DNA of 64,000 nt from Octopus sinensis (GCF_006345805.1 NC_043001.1:3906001-3970000); one strand, 5' to 3'; shown: positions 40,719 to 53,110, counted from the stretch's first letter. Numbers and translations: made by a program. Notes: generated by a model not told the origin, from the letters alone.

Positions 40719-41839
40719 TATATGGCAGATTAAATCTATCTTTGATTTATTTTACCCACCTCAAAACAACAAATCCTGTTAATGCTCTGTCGTACATATG
40801 ATTTCCTTCTGCTTTCTACTACAAATCTCAGAAGCTCAGCAGATATATGATTGACACTGTTGTTCCTCCTTTGAGTAACCACTTTCAAAAAATAAAACAA
40901 TTTCATTTCCAGGGTGAAAGTATAGTGTTTCCCTTATATCGCATTTGCTATTAAAAGAAGCATAAACATGCTTCGATGTAATATTTCTTCCCCCCATAAA
41001 ATCCGTGTTATTTAGAAAGAAATCTATATTTTCGGCAACTTACAGAAGTCTTTTAAATATATTAAATCTCTCTGTTAGTAATTTTTTCTTGATATATCTC
41101 GGTTCGTACATAAAATTTTCGCATAAAAAAGGCATGAACGTCATTCACTCTCATTTATTTGGCCAATTATGAGCTCTACATTGAATCTCATTATAAGAAA
41201 TCGATATTCCAAGTTATTCCCAAACATCTGTAGAATATATGCTGCAAGCAGATTGTGTGTTTCGTTCCTAGGAGACAGCGTTTCATAACAATTACATTGA
41301 TAATCATATTGACAAACTCTTGTATCGAAAATAACGGGAAAAAATTATTTTGATCTTTGCTTTCCATTAAAACTGACTCTGTAATTATTTTCTTTCTTGG
41401 AAATCAATAATTTTTCGCGTGATAAAGTCAATTACTCAATGTTTTATGATTAGGAGTATCCAAAATTGAGGGATCAGCTAGATTAATTTGCATCCGTGAA
41501 ATCAGGAGAAACAATTCTGCTTGTTTGCACATGTAAGAAAGTATCGTAAATTCTGAGAGCACGTTTCATTGTATGCCAATAAAAAAAAATCTTCAGCAGT
41601 TTACAGTGCTGCCACCGTTTACTAAAACGAAAAAATATATATATGAAAGTCGTTTACTCACACCTCTTCGAAATTCACTTCTGTCAGATGAGCATTAATG
41701 AAAATCAGTTTGTAATCCACAAATTGCTTCTGTCTCCCCACATATCCTTCTGTTTCTCCCTCTCTGTTACTTCCGCTCTCTCCCTTTCTCCCTATATATA
41801 TATCATATTATACTCTGTTACATATGCACAATAGCCAAT

Positions 41840-42620
41840 GCTATCAATCGGTTTCGCACCGGGTATCAAAATCCTACATTAGAATGCAGCAAGATTAATT
41901 AATACGGTGCGTTATCTGTGCGCCATATACAACTGTTTCTATGTTGCATCAATTGTTAAGAAGAGGTGGTGTTATATCTACATGAGCAACGTGCCTGTCT
42001 CAGGGCCGGGCCTAATTAACTCTGAAGGTGTGCCTATTAAAAACTTGACTAACCTTATTCGTACAGGGAAAATATTTATAAACAAAATGCCACCCACACT
42101 ATGTTTCTGCTTCACTATGTTTTGTCTTGGAGGAGTTAAGATCTGGCGGATAACTAAACCGATTTTTAAATCCAGTCACAGCCAGGGCCTCTTTGTCGCA
42201 CAGGAGAGCAGCGTCAAAATCTCTTTACTTGAAGATGGGTTGGGGATTTTCCTGCTGACTCCTTTCACCAGTTTTCTAACCGTTCTGATTGGATGAGGGA
42301 AAGTTTAGTTGACATCCGTCTTCTTCTCGTGTGGCCTCCTAAGGACGTAAAATCTCCCGTATTCCAAGTCTAATATCAGGGAAATACACCATCTTCAGGT
42401 TGGTTTCTATTATGACATTGAGAGCAAAGGCATTGTTGGTGTTGGTGATATACTTCTTAAGCCTGTCGAAAATGTTTCAGTATATTTCTCTCCATATTTC
42501 GAAGGTATCACCACTGTAGAATGTATGGTTATTTGAAGAGAATTTTATCGCAAGTAAATTCAGGAAAAAGTCCAAATCCTTCATTCTTCAACACTTTCAT
42601 ATGCGCCCATCGCTGTGACA
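41840..42620 (-). pseudogene. Decayed, internally deleted Penelope-clade element (RT C-terminus to endonuclease)
   Basis: Minus-strand broken frames read GLF.LNLL, a YRDDG-like remnant, LNVIIETNLKMV.F.DI, KGVSRKI...SSSKE, FDAA, EAL..TGF, RNIVW, VFNRHT and ETVVYGAQI, in PLE order. Confidence 0.7.
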
Positions 42621-42950
42621 AAGGGGCCTTCTACGACAGTTCTCCTGACGCAGGACGGCCCTTTGTTGAAAAGTAGTTTTTTTTGGCATGCCTGTGTATT
42701 CATGTATCCTCACCTCTAATATTATAGTAAGTTGTAGCGAAATTTAGGGCTTTGTACAAAAGCTCCCTTGATACAGACAGGTAAAAATGATCTAAATCAA
42801 ATCTTACTCGACGCCGACAGTCATTTCACTTTAAACCATGTTACGGTTGGTGCTGCGCTGCTAAACAACGTTCGAAGCCATCCCGGCATTTGGGGTTAGA
42901 ACAAGAGTTTGGCTTATGGTTTTTAATCGTAATAATATTCTCTTCCGTCG

Positions 42951-43061
42951 CTAGTGTTTCTCCCATACCAACTACACCTTACTGAACGTTCTATCTTAGG
43001 CCTCGTAGTTAAGGTCACCTGCCAGACTGACACAGGAGGAAGTCTGCTAGGCATTTGAGTC
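42951..43061 (-). ncRNA. Candidate decayed HDV-like ribozyme at the 5' end of an RTE-like 5' UTR fragment
   Basis: Minus strand: P1 GACUCA ... P2 CUAG .. P3/L3 gac-UUCCUCCU-gug, P1' UCAGUC, then UGG ... GGGAGAAAC-ACUAG. Several mismatches. Confidence 0.35.
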
Positions 43062-43274
43062 ATTCTTATCATCCAGGGCTAACAGAGACAAGCAACCTGA
43101 GTCTTTGTTATTTTATTTATTCTGTTTCTTCGGAACATTGTAAATTTTCTCGCGGCCCATTCTGATCAATGCTAAATATTTCATATTTAACCGGGCATAC
43201 CTGCAGCCGATTATTTCCTACTACTTTTTCAAACGGTTCCGATGATGAAAACAAATATATAAAAGTGTTTTGCA

Positions 43275-43309
<35 letters not shown>

Positions 43310-44862
43310 AATATTATTATATATATATATAGTATATATATATAGTTATCCGTAATAATGAAGGGTGATGAAATTAATTAATTTGGAAAAATTATCAATT
43401 ACACCAAGTAGTCTCGGCATGTGTAAAAGCCTCATTCGAGGAAAATTTAAGTCCTACTAAGCAATAAGGGTTTAGCAACGAGTGCCTTACCAATTACCGA
43501 ATTTTTAGAAATACAGTCAAAGGGTGATAGCTGTTTCTTCTACATAAAAAAGGGAGATCTCAGTATAAAGCAGCATTGGGAAGGCAGCACAAAACAGTAA
43601 GAGAGAATGAATTGACTGCAATCTATCATTACTTTTTTTAGTTATCCACGGCGTACGTTTCGAAATATCAAGTTTTAGGAAAGCATAAGAATTCAATATT
43701 TAAAATATTAAATAATTTATCTACCGAAACTTCGGTTTCTCTTCAGCGTAGAATACTATAATCATAAATGTATTTATATTGAATTTTGAGATACCAGAAG
43801 GCACCAACTCAACTCAGTATCAGAGCGAGCTAGAATCCGCCAAACTGGTATCACCGAATTCAATTTGTGAATGAAACGATTGTGTGGGTCAACAGCACCC
43901 TTCCCACCCGCGTGTTGTAGCCAAAACAAGATGCTGTGGTCATCTACTGAGATAAAATATAGTTATCCGTAATAATGAAGGGTGTGAAATAATTAATTGG
44001 AAAAATTATCAATTACACCAAGTAGTCTTCGGCATGTAAAAGCCTCATTCGAGGACAAATTTAAGTAATACTAAGCAATAAGGGTTTAGCAACGAGTTGC
44101 TTACCACATACCGAATTTAGAAATAGCAGTCAAAGGGTATAGCTATTTCTTCTACAAAAAAGGGACGATCTCAGTATAAAAACAGCATTTGGAAGGCAGA
44201 CACAAACAGGTAAGAGGAATGAATTGACTGCAATCTATCATACATTTTTAGTTATCCACGGACGTACGTTTCGAAATCAAGTTTTAAGGAAAGCATAAGA
44301 ATTAAATATTAAATATTAAATAATTCTATCTTACCGAAAATCTTTTCTCTTCGCGTAGAATACTATAATCATAAATGATTATATATTGAATTTTGAGATA
44401 CCAGAAGGCACCAACTCAACTCAGTATCAGAGCGAGCTAGAATCCGCAACTGGTATCACCGAATTTCATTTGTGAATGAAACGATTGTGTCAACAGCCCC
44501 TTCCCACCCGCGTGTAGCCAAAACAGATGCTGTGGTCATTACTGAGATAAAATATGGTTTTCCGTAATAATGAAGGGTGAAATTAATTAATTTGGAAAAA
44601 TTTTTCTCAATTACACCAAGTAGTCTTCGGCATGTAAAAGCCTCATTCGAGGGAAAAATTTAAGTAATACTAAGCAATAAGGGTTTAGCAACGAGTTGCC
44701 TTACCACCATACCGAATTTAGAATAGCAGTCAAAGGGTTATAGCTATTTCTTCTACAAAAAAGGAGAGATCTCAGTAAAAACAGCATTTGGAAGGCAGAC
44801 CAAACAGGTAAGAGAGAATGAATTGACTGCAATCTACATATCATTTTTTTAGTTATCCACGG

Positions 44863-44965
44863 ACGTACGTTTCGAAATAAAGTTTTAAGGAAGGGAAAGC
44901 ATAAGAATTAAATATTAAATATTAAATAATTCTATCTTACCGAAACTTCTTTTCTCTTCAGCGTA
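44863..44965 (-). ncRNA. Type I hammerhead motif in an array monomer (left arm; also ~43652-43750 and a mutated copy at ~44262-44357)
   Basis: The minus strand reads UACG-CUGAAGA-GAAA...UUUC-GAAA-CG-UA-CGU. Confidence 0.7.
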
Positions 44966-45973
44966 GAATACTATAATCATAAATGATTATATATTGAATT
45001 TTGAGATACCAGAAGGCACCAACTCAACTCAGTATCAGAGCGAGCTAGAATCCGCAACTGGTAACCGAATTCAATTTGTGAATGAACGATTGTGTCAACA
45101 GCCCCTTCCCACCCGCGTGTAGCAAAAACAAGATGCTTGGTCATCTACTGAGATAAAAATGGTTATCCGTAATAATGAAGGGTGAATGAAATTAATAAGT
45201 TGGAAAAATTATCAATTACACCAAGTAGTCTTCGGCATGTAAAAGCCTCATTCGAGGAAAATTAAGTAATACTAAGCAAAGGGGATTTAGCACGAGTGGG
45301 AACGGTGTTGGTGAGTCTGCGCCTCTGGTATCTCAAAATTCAAATCTATATAACATATGATTATAGTCATTCTACGCTGAAGAGGAAAAGAAGTTTCGGT
45401 AAGATAGAATTATTAATATTTAATATTTATTCTTATTCTTTCCTGCTTCTTAAAAAGATTTCGAAAACGTACGTCCGTGGATAACTAAAAAAATGTATGA
45501 TAGTGATTGCAGTCAATCATTCTCTCTTACCTGTTTGTGTCTGCCTTCCAAATGCTGTTTTTACTGAGATCTCCTTTTTTTGTAGAGAAAATAGCTATAC
45601 CCTTTGACTGCTATTTCTAAATTCGGTATGTGGTAAGGCAACTCGTTGCTAAACCCTTATTGCTTAGTAGATTACTTAAATTTTCCTCGAATGAGGCTTT
45701 TACATGCCGAAAGCTACTTGGTGTAATTGATAATTTTTCCAAATAATTAATTTCACCCTTCATTATTACGGATACCATATTTTATCTCAGTAGATGACCA
45801 CAGCATCTTTGTTTGGCTACACGCGGGTGGGAAGGGGCTGTTGACACAATCGTTTCATTCACAAATTGAATTCGGTGATACCAGTTGCGGATTCTAGCTC
45901 GCTCTGATACTGAGTTGAGTTGGTGCCTTCTGGGTCTCAAAATTCAATATATAATCATTTATGAATAGTATTC

Positions 45974-46071
45974 TACGCTGAAGAGAAAAGAAGTTTCGGT
46001 AAGATAGAATTTATTTATATTTAATATTTAATTCTTATGCTTTCCTTAAAACTTGATTTCGAAACGTACGT
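45974..46071 (+). ncRNA. Type I hammerhead motif in an array monomer (right arm; also 45373-45474 and a mutated copy at 46580-46676)
   Basis: UACG-CUGAAGA-[GAAA..AAGUUU..AUAGAAUU / AAUUCUUAU..AAACUU..UUUC long stem II]-GAAA-CG-UA-CGU; predicted GUA cleavage after 46068. Confidence 0.75.
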
Positions 46072-46865
46072 CCGTGGATAACTAAAAAAATGTATGATAG
46101 ATTGCAGTCAATTCATTCTCTCTTTACACCTGTTTGTGTCTGCCTTCCAAATGCCTGTTTTTACTGAGATCTCCCTTTTTGTTGTAGAAGAAATAGCTAT
46201 AACCTTTGACTGCTATTTCTAAATGCGGTAGTGGTAAGGCAACTCGTTGCTAAACCCTTATTGTCTTAGTTTACTTAAATTTTCCTCGAATGAGGCTTTT
46301 ACATGCCGAAGACTACTTGGTTGAATTGATAATTTTTCCAAATTAATTAATTTCACCCTTCATTATTAAGGATAACCATATTCTTTATCTCAGATAGATG
46401 ACCACAGCATCTTGTTTTGGCTACACGCGGGTGGGAAGGGGCTGTTGACACAATCGGTCATTCACAAATTGAATTCGGTGATACCAGTTGCGGATTCTAG
46501 CTCGCTCTGATACTGAGTTGAGTTGGTGCCTTCTGGTATCTCAAAATTCAATATCATAATATTTATGATTATAGTATTCTACGCTGGAGAGAAAAGAAGT
46601 TTTAGGTAAGATTAGAATTATGAATATTTATATTTAATTCTTATGCTTTCCTTAAAACTTGATTTCGAAACTACGTCCGTGGATAACTAAAAAAATGTAT
46701 GATAGATTGCAGTCAATTATTCTCTCTTACCTGTTTGGTCTGCCTTCCAAATGTGTTTTTACTGAGATCTCCCTTTTTTGTAGAAGAAATAGCTTATAAC
46801 CCTTGACTGCTATTTCTAAATTCGGTATGTGGTAAGGCAACTCGTTGCTAAACCCTTATTGCTTA

Positions 46866-46901
<36 letters not shown>

Positions 46902-47482
46902 GGAGATTTACTCGCATAGCAAGTGATTTGATCTGAGATCGTGTGCTGGAACGAAAACGATTGCAGCGTGGAAGGTGTTTATAAGCCATTTAAGAAAAAC
47001 ACCAAAAGCCGCTCGATTCACTTCAACATTAAGTTTAATTTGTCAAAAATTTCTTTCGTCAATAAAATCCGCGACCTGTTCACTGACAAAAATCCGTGCT
47101 GCTTCTGAGAAAGAAACAGTTAGTTCGTCATATATATGTACGTATGTATGTGTGCAGGTATGTATACACGCATGCGTGCATGTGTGTATGTATGTACGTA
47201 CATACGCCTGTGTATGTATGTATGTATATATGTATGTATGTATGCGTGTGTATATGCACGCACATACACTGTAGTGATGGATAGATGTAGACTGACCACT
47301 CATCACAATAATATCAAATTTCAACATCCCTCGCCGAAACTAGGAAGTGATTTACGACCCTCACCCCCAAAAGAAAACCCTAAAACCTATTATCAGTCAT
47401 TTATCTCTATATCACAGCACTTTTGTTTTACTATTACTTGTTTTTTTTTCCTCCCTACATCTAGTTAGTTCAGGTTAAATAT

Positions 47483-47750
47483 ATATACGTATGTATGTGT
47501 GTATGTATGTATGTATGTATGTATGTATGTATGTATGTATGTATGTATGTATGTATGTACGTATGTATGTATGTATGTATGTATGTATGTGTGTATGCAC
47601 ATACGTACGCATGTGCGTATGTATGTATACGCGCACGTATGCATGTGCCCATGTATGTGTGTGCGTACATGTACGTGCGTACGTACGTGTGTATGCCCAT
47701 ACGTAGGTATGTATGTATGTTTGTATTCATGTGCTACGTATGTATATGAG
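47483..47750. repeat. (ATGT)n and derived microsatellite
   Basis: Seen directly. Confidence 0.95.
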
Positions 47751-47907
47751 TGTCTAGGAAAATAGGCAGACGCGTCTGTGAGAGTGTGTACATGTGTATG
47801 TGCATTTGAACGTATGTCCGTGTATTGGTATGTGTCCGTCCAATTTGTGTACATGACTTACTTTGTTGAAGGTTGTATACGTACACACATATATGTTTGT
47901 ATAGACG

Positions 47908-47947
<40 letters not shown>

Positions 47948-48311
47948 ATATATCGGTGTGGGTGTGTGGTTGTTCCTCTCATCACCGTCTAACTGTGAAT
48001 GGATACAACGTTTAGGTGCAACTGTGCACATATAACCATATCCATATACGCAAGTACACACAATCGTATAGACACACTCATAAATATACATATAATCTTA
48101 AAATACTCGTATATTCTAATCCACATGTACATACATATGTCCTATTATACACATACACACACACACACACAAGCATACAGACACAAACACACACGCATAA
48201 ACATACATACGCACACCCACACGCACATACATGCAAAATACGACACAGTATTTTATATTTATATATGCATAAACGCATACATATACAATACATCCATACA
48301 TGATCATATGA

Positions 48312-48345
<34 letters not shown>

Positions 48346-48436
48346 CAATTAAGGACAACTACTTAATAAGGAAAACTTAACAAGAAATTGTCAGGTAGAT
48401 AGCGTGGAAAATAATTATTTCTTATTGAACATATTA

Positions 48437-48582
48437 ATTTATATATAGAGGGCATTATACATACATGCCAGAAGGCATTATACATACAAGCCACACGCTA
48501 AGAGGGACAATTAGTCATTTCTACCAAAAATATTACTAATCCCACCGAATGCAATCTGAATGCATGTATGTATAATGCCCTC

Positions 48583-48593
<11 letters not shown>
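48437..48593. repeat. Perfect 32 bp inverted repeat with a 93 bp spacer
   Basis: atttatatatagagggcattatacatacatgc (48437-48468) / gcatgtatgtataatgccctctatatataaat (48562-48593). Confidence 0.9.
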
Positions 48594-48614
<21 letters not shown>

Positions 48615-48889
48615 ATCAAAATAAGCAAGGATTTATATGGATAATACCATACACAATTCTGGTGCCTTTGACATAAGTACCATATTCATCTGAATCTAAA
48701 TTTTGCTGAACTTATAATACCATACCTTGTGTATAAATATATATAATATATATATATTATATATCCAAGTAGTCATGACAAAATCATTGTTAACATAATA
48801 CGTGAAAAGTCACCGGAGGTTTGTTAAAGCAATTTGCTGCCATGGAGTAGAAATGATATCATAAATTGCATTCATCAAACTTTATAACA

Positions 48890-49086
48890 CAGTTCTATAT
48901 TTAAGAGATGAGGAATTATTTGCATTATTTACTTTATTTACATTTGACATATATTTGTCCTCATCTTGTTTGTTGTTAACGCAACGTTTCGGCTGATATA
49001 CCCTCCAGGCTTAATAGCATATGGCGTAGTGGTTAAAAGCGCGGGCTACTAACCCCAAGATTCCGAAATCGATTCCAGGCAGTGAT

Positions 49087-49176
<90 letters not shown>

Positions 49177-52100
49177 ACACACAAGGGGCTAAACACAGAG
49201 GTGACAAACAGGGACAAAAGAAGCCACAAAAGAAGCTGGATACTCACCCAAACCCGCCCAAACAGGAGTACCACCACCCAAACAAACCCTGTGGATAAAT
49301 AACATCCAAAGCAAAATAAAAAAAATTAGAAAAGACCAGTCGATTCTTAATGAATTCAGCAAACAATCAACGCTACTGAGCAATAAAAAGAGAACAAAAA
49401 TACTCCGCAAATATAACATCACAGAGAAAGATTTGCCTGAAATAAAAGAAAAGCTGAAGCAAGATATCCTTGCCAAAGCACAAAGGATCCGCCGGTACAA
49501 GAAACGCCAACGCTTCTTTGAAGAAAACAAAAAGTTCAACTCTTACCCCAAAACGTTCTACCAAGAACTGGGAAAAAATAAAATAGAAGTCACTGCAGCA
49601 CCAACGGCAGAAGAATTGGAAGAATTCTGGGGAGAAATATGGTCGGCGAACGAACCACCAAAAAAAAGGAGTATCAGAATAACAAACTCGGCATCTGAAC
49701 AACTTTGGACCCCCATAACAACTGAAGAGGTCACCCAGGCACTGCAAAAACTAAGCAACTGGAAGGCACCTGGGCATGACAAGATCCCCAACTTCTGTTG
49801 AAATATATCTACAGGAATGCACAAAAAGCTGGCTGAAAACTTTAACAACGTACTAGCAGAGCCAGAGACAATGCCTGAATGGCTCACGAAGGGGAAAACC
49901 ATCTTAATTCCCAAATCAAATGAAACAGCAAAACCAGAAAACTACAGACCAATAACCTGCCTCCCTAATATGTTCAAGGCATTTACTGCAGTGATATCAC
50001 AAAGACTGAACAAGCACCTGGGCGAAAACAAACTGTTCCCAGAAGAGCAGAAGGGATGCCGCAAAGGCTCATATGGCCGTAAAGATCAACTAATGATTAA
50101 TAAAGCCATAACTGAAGACAGCCACAGAAAGAAGAAAGGCCTCAGTATGGCCTGGATTGACTACAAAAAGGCGTTTGATAGCATCCCCCACACATGGATC
50201 CTCGAAACACTAGCCATTAACAAAGTAGCACCAACAATCATAAAATTCATAGAGCACTCTATGAATAAATGGCAAACAGTCCTACACCTCCAAACAAAAG
50301 AGGGACTCATGAAAACCAAAGACATCCCCATTAGCAGAGGAATATTCTCGGGAGACACGCTTTCTCCACTCCTTTTCTGCTTGGCACTGTCACCTCTATC
50401 TGATATGCTAAATAGAACTGGATGCGGATATAAATGTTACGGCAAAACGATCAGCCACCTTTTATATATGGATGACCTAAAACTATACGCTGCAAATGAC
50501 AAACAGCTGGAAACACTATTAAAGATAGTTCATGGATTTACCAAAGAAATAGATATGAAATTTGGATTAGAAAAATGCGCCAAAGTAACCCTGAAAAGAG
50601 GAAAACTAGTTAAGAGTAACAACATCACACTAGATAAAACCAATGAAATAAAAGAATTAGACCAAAGCCAAACTTACAAATACTTAGGAATCCATGAACT
50701 AGATAAGACATAACACACACAAATGAAAGAGAAAATAAAAAAAGAATATTATAGACGAGTTAGATCAATACTAAACACAGAGCTCAATGCTAAAAACAAG
50801 ATAATAGGTATCAACACTTTAGCTGTCCCAGTTATAAGTTACAGCTACAATATCCTTAACTGGACACGAAATGAACTGACCAAAATAGATAGGAAAACAA
50901 GAAAAATAATGACAGGATCTAGGATGCATCACCCAAAATCTGACATAGAAAGACTATATATACAAAGCATAGAAGGTGGTAGAGGCCTTATACAGCTGGA
51001 AAACTACTATAAAATAACCACCATAGGACTGCAAAAATATCTACTTCAGAAGGAAGGAAAACTGATCCAGATAGCGGCAAAACACGAGCAAAACAAAAAA
51101 ACTGTTCTCAGTATTTAAGGAAGCTGACAAATACAAACAAGAAATCATACCACCCAATAAACGTGAAGAAGAAGAAGATGAAGAAACAACAAAAGCTATA
51201 AAACAAATGAAATCCAAACTAAAAATAGAACAGCAACGAACCATGACAAAACGATGGCAAGAAAAGCCCCTTCATGGTAAATACTGCACTAAACTAAACG
51301 CAAAAGAAATAGACAAAGAAAAATCCCAGCAATGGTTGAGAAGCTCAGGACTCAAAGCAGGAACAGAGGGATTTTTAATTGCAGCACAAGACCAAAGCCT
51401 CCCCACCAGAAATTACCAAAAACATGTAATGAAAAGAAATATTACAAGTAACTGCAGAATATGTGGAGATGGACAAGAAACAATAAATCATATTATCTCT
51501 AGCTGCCCAGTCCTTGGCTAAGAAGGAATATATTCACAGACATGACAGAGTTGGAACCTACATACATTGGAAGCTATGCCAACATTATGGAATAACAACA
51601 GAAAAAAGATGGTATAGGCACACACCAGAAAAGGTCACAGAAAACGAGAAAGCAACCATACTCTGGGATATGCCGATACACACAGATAGAGAAATTAAGG
51701 CCAACAGACCAGATATAGTTGTCAGAGATCATGAAGAAAAAAAATGCTTTCTAATTGATGTATCAATACCGGCTGATGACAACGTGTCTCTAAAAGAAAT
51801 GGAGAAACTCTCAAAATACAAAGACCTGGAAATAGAGGTAATTAGAATGTGGAATCTGAAAACAGAAACAATTCCTATCATAGTAGGTGCATGAGGCATG
51901 ATAAAAAATATTCAGACAAATACATAACAAAAACACCAGGACTTACAAACACATATAACATACAGAAAATTGCACGACTAGGCACTGCACACATCCTACG
52001 CAGAACACTTTCCATACAATAACCATCAGAGCATCACAACAAATCACAGCACATACCCAAAGCACACAGAGCTGTGCTCGGTAGTGAAGTGAAAGCACGC

Positions 52101-52282
52101 TATAAAAATAAAACTACTGAACAATAATAATAATAAAAACATCGAAAAATACCTTAGGAATGATAACCCAGGTAAGAAATTTCCTTGAGACACGTCTTTG
52201 AAGGCTGGAGGTTTTATCAGCCGAAACGTTGTATTAACAACTAGCAAGATGAGGACAAATATTCGTCAAACGTAAATAATGT
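48890..52282 (+). mobile_element. Family H element copy 3, split by a Dong insertion
   Basis: Inverted 3' arm 48890-49010; complete tRNA-like head 49017-49089 (tggcgtagtgg A box); (AAT)n 49090-49173; Dong insertion; short (AAT)n; 3' region 52138-52282 with a decayed hammerhead. Flanking repeat atcaaactttat at 48874-48885 and 52283-52294. Confidence 0.88.
49217..52120 (+). mobile_element. R4/Dong-clade non-LTR retrotransposon, family B, 5'-truncated, with stops and frameshifts
   Basis: NWKAPGHD, YRPITCL, EQKGC, WIDYKKAFDS, GIFSGDTLSPLLF, YMDDLKLY, YKYLG, CRIC..ETINHIISSC, RHD and RPDIV..LIDVSIP; the ORF end is at ~52022, then a 3' UTR and (AAT)n. Confidence 0.95.
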
Positions 52283-52789
52283 ATCAAACTTTATTATTCA
52301 TACTTCCCAATGGCTTTAAAAGATGAAATCTTTTCTTATTTGAAACCTCGGTAGAGATGGGGTTATTTTCCTATCGGAATTTTCCGGTAGACGCTGCTAA
52401 TATAAATATTTCTGGAGCTAAATGCCTCCATCTAACTTACTGTTAACATACACATCAGCACATGAAAAACACACACTCATATACTAACACATATAAACAC
52501 AAACACAACACAAGCAAACACACATGTACACACAAAATACCAGTGGAGATTTATATATGAAAATGGATAGTACATATATCTAAACAATGCTGAATTCACA
52601 CGCGCTGATTACTTGGAGGAATGGTGTTCGTCTACATTTTGGATAAAACATACATATATTTCTATATTTGTAGCAGTATATGCATATAAATGTGTGTATG
52701 TATGCTCATATATATATATATATATATATACAGAGAGAGAGAGAAAGAGGAGGAGGATAGAGAGATAGGGGTAGATCGGTTGATAAATG

Positions 52790-52871
52790 GATGCATAGAC
52801 TGATAGGTAGATAGATAATGGATGGTTCGATAGATAGATATATACATAGATAGACAGATACATAGATAGAC

Positions 52872-52922
<51 letters not shown>

Positions 52923-52931
52923 CAGATACAC

Positions 52932-52984
<53 letters not shown>

Positions 52985-53079
52985 TATAGATAGATAGATA
53001 GACAGATATATAGATAGATAGCTAGATGGAAATAAATAGATACACAGATATATAGATAGCTAGATGGAAATAAATAGAC

Positions 53080-53110
<31 letters not shown>

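Larger units (their letters stand above)
43343..46868. repeat. Tandem + inverted array of a ~605 bp monomer inserted in (TA)n
   Basis: Monomer starts at ~43343, 43961, 44556 and 45160 (partial, to ~45297); ~2.5 copies follow in opposite orientation (45316-46868); (TA)n at 43275-43343 and 46867-46900. Confidence 0.95.

Noticed and set aside
43343-46868. CRISPR-like or coding interpretation of the tandem array
   Set aside because: Whole ~605 bp units repeat with no unique spacers, there are no cas genes or ORF, and the context is eukaryotic.
49017-49089. Functional tRNA gene (apparent anticodon ACT)
   Set aside because: The acceptor stem does not pair well, the copies are diverged, and the head is always fused to the same (AAT)n and 3' region, so it is a SINE head.
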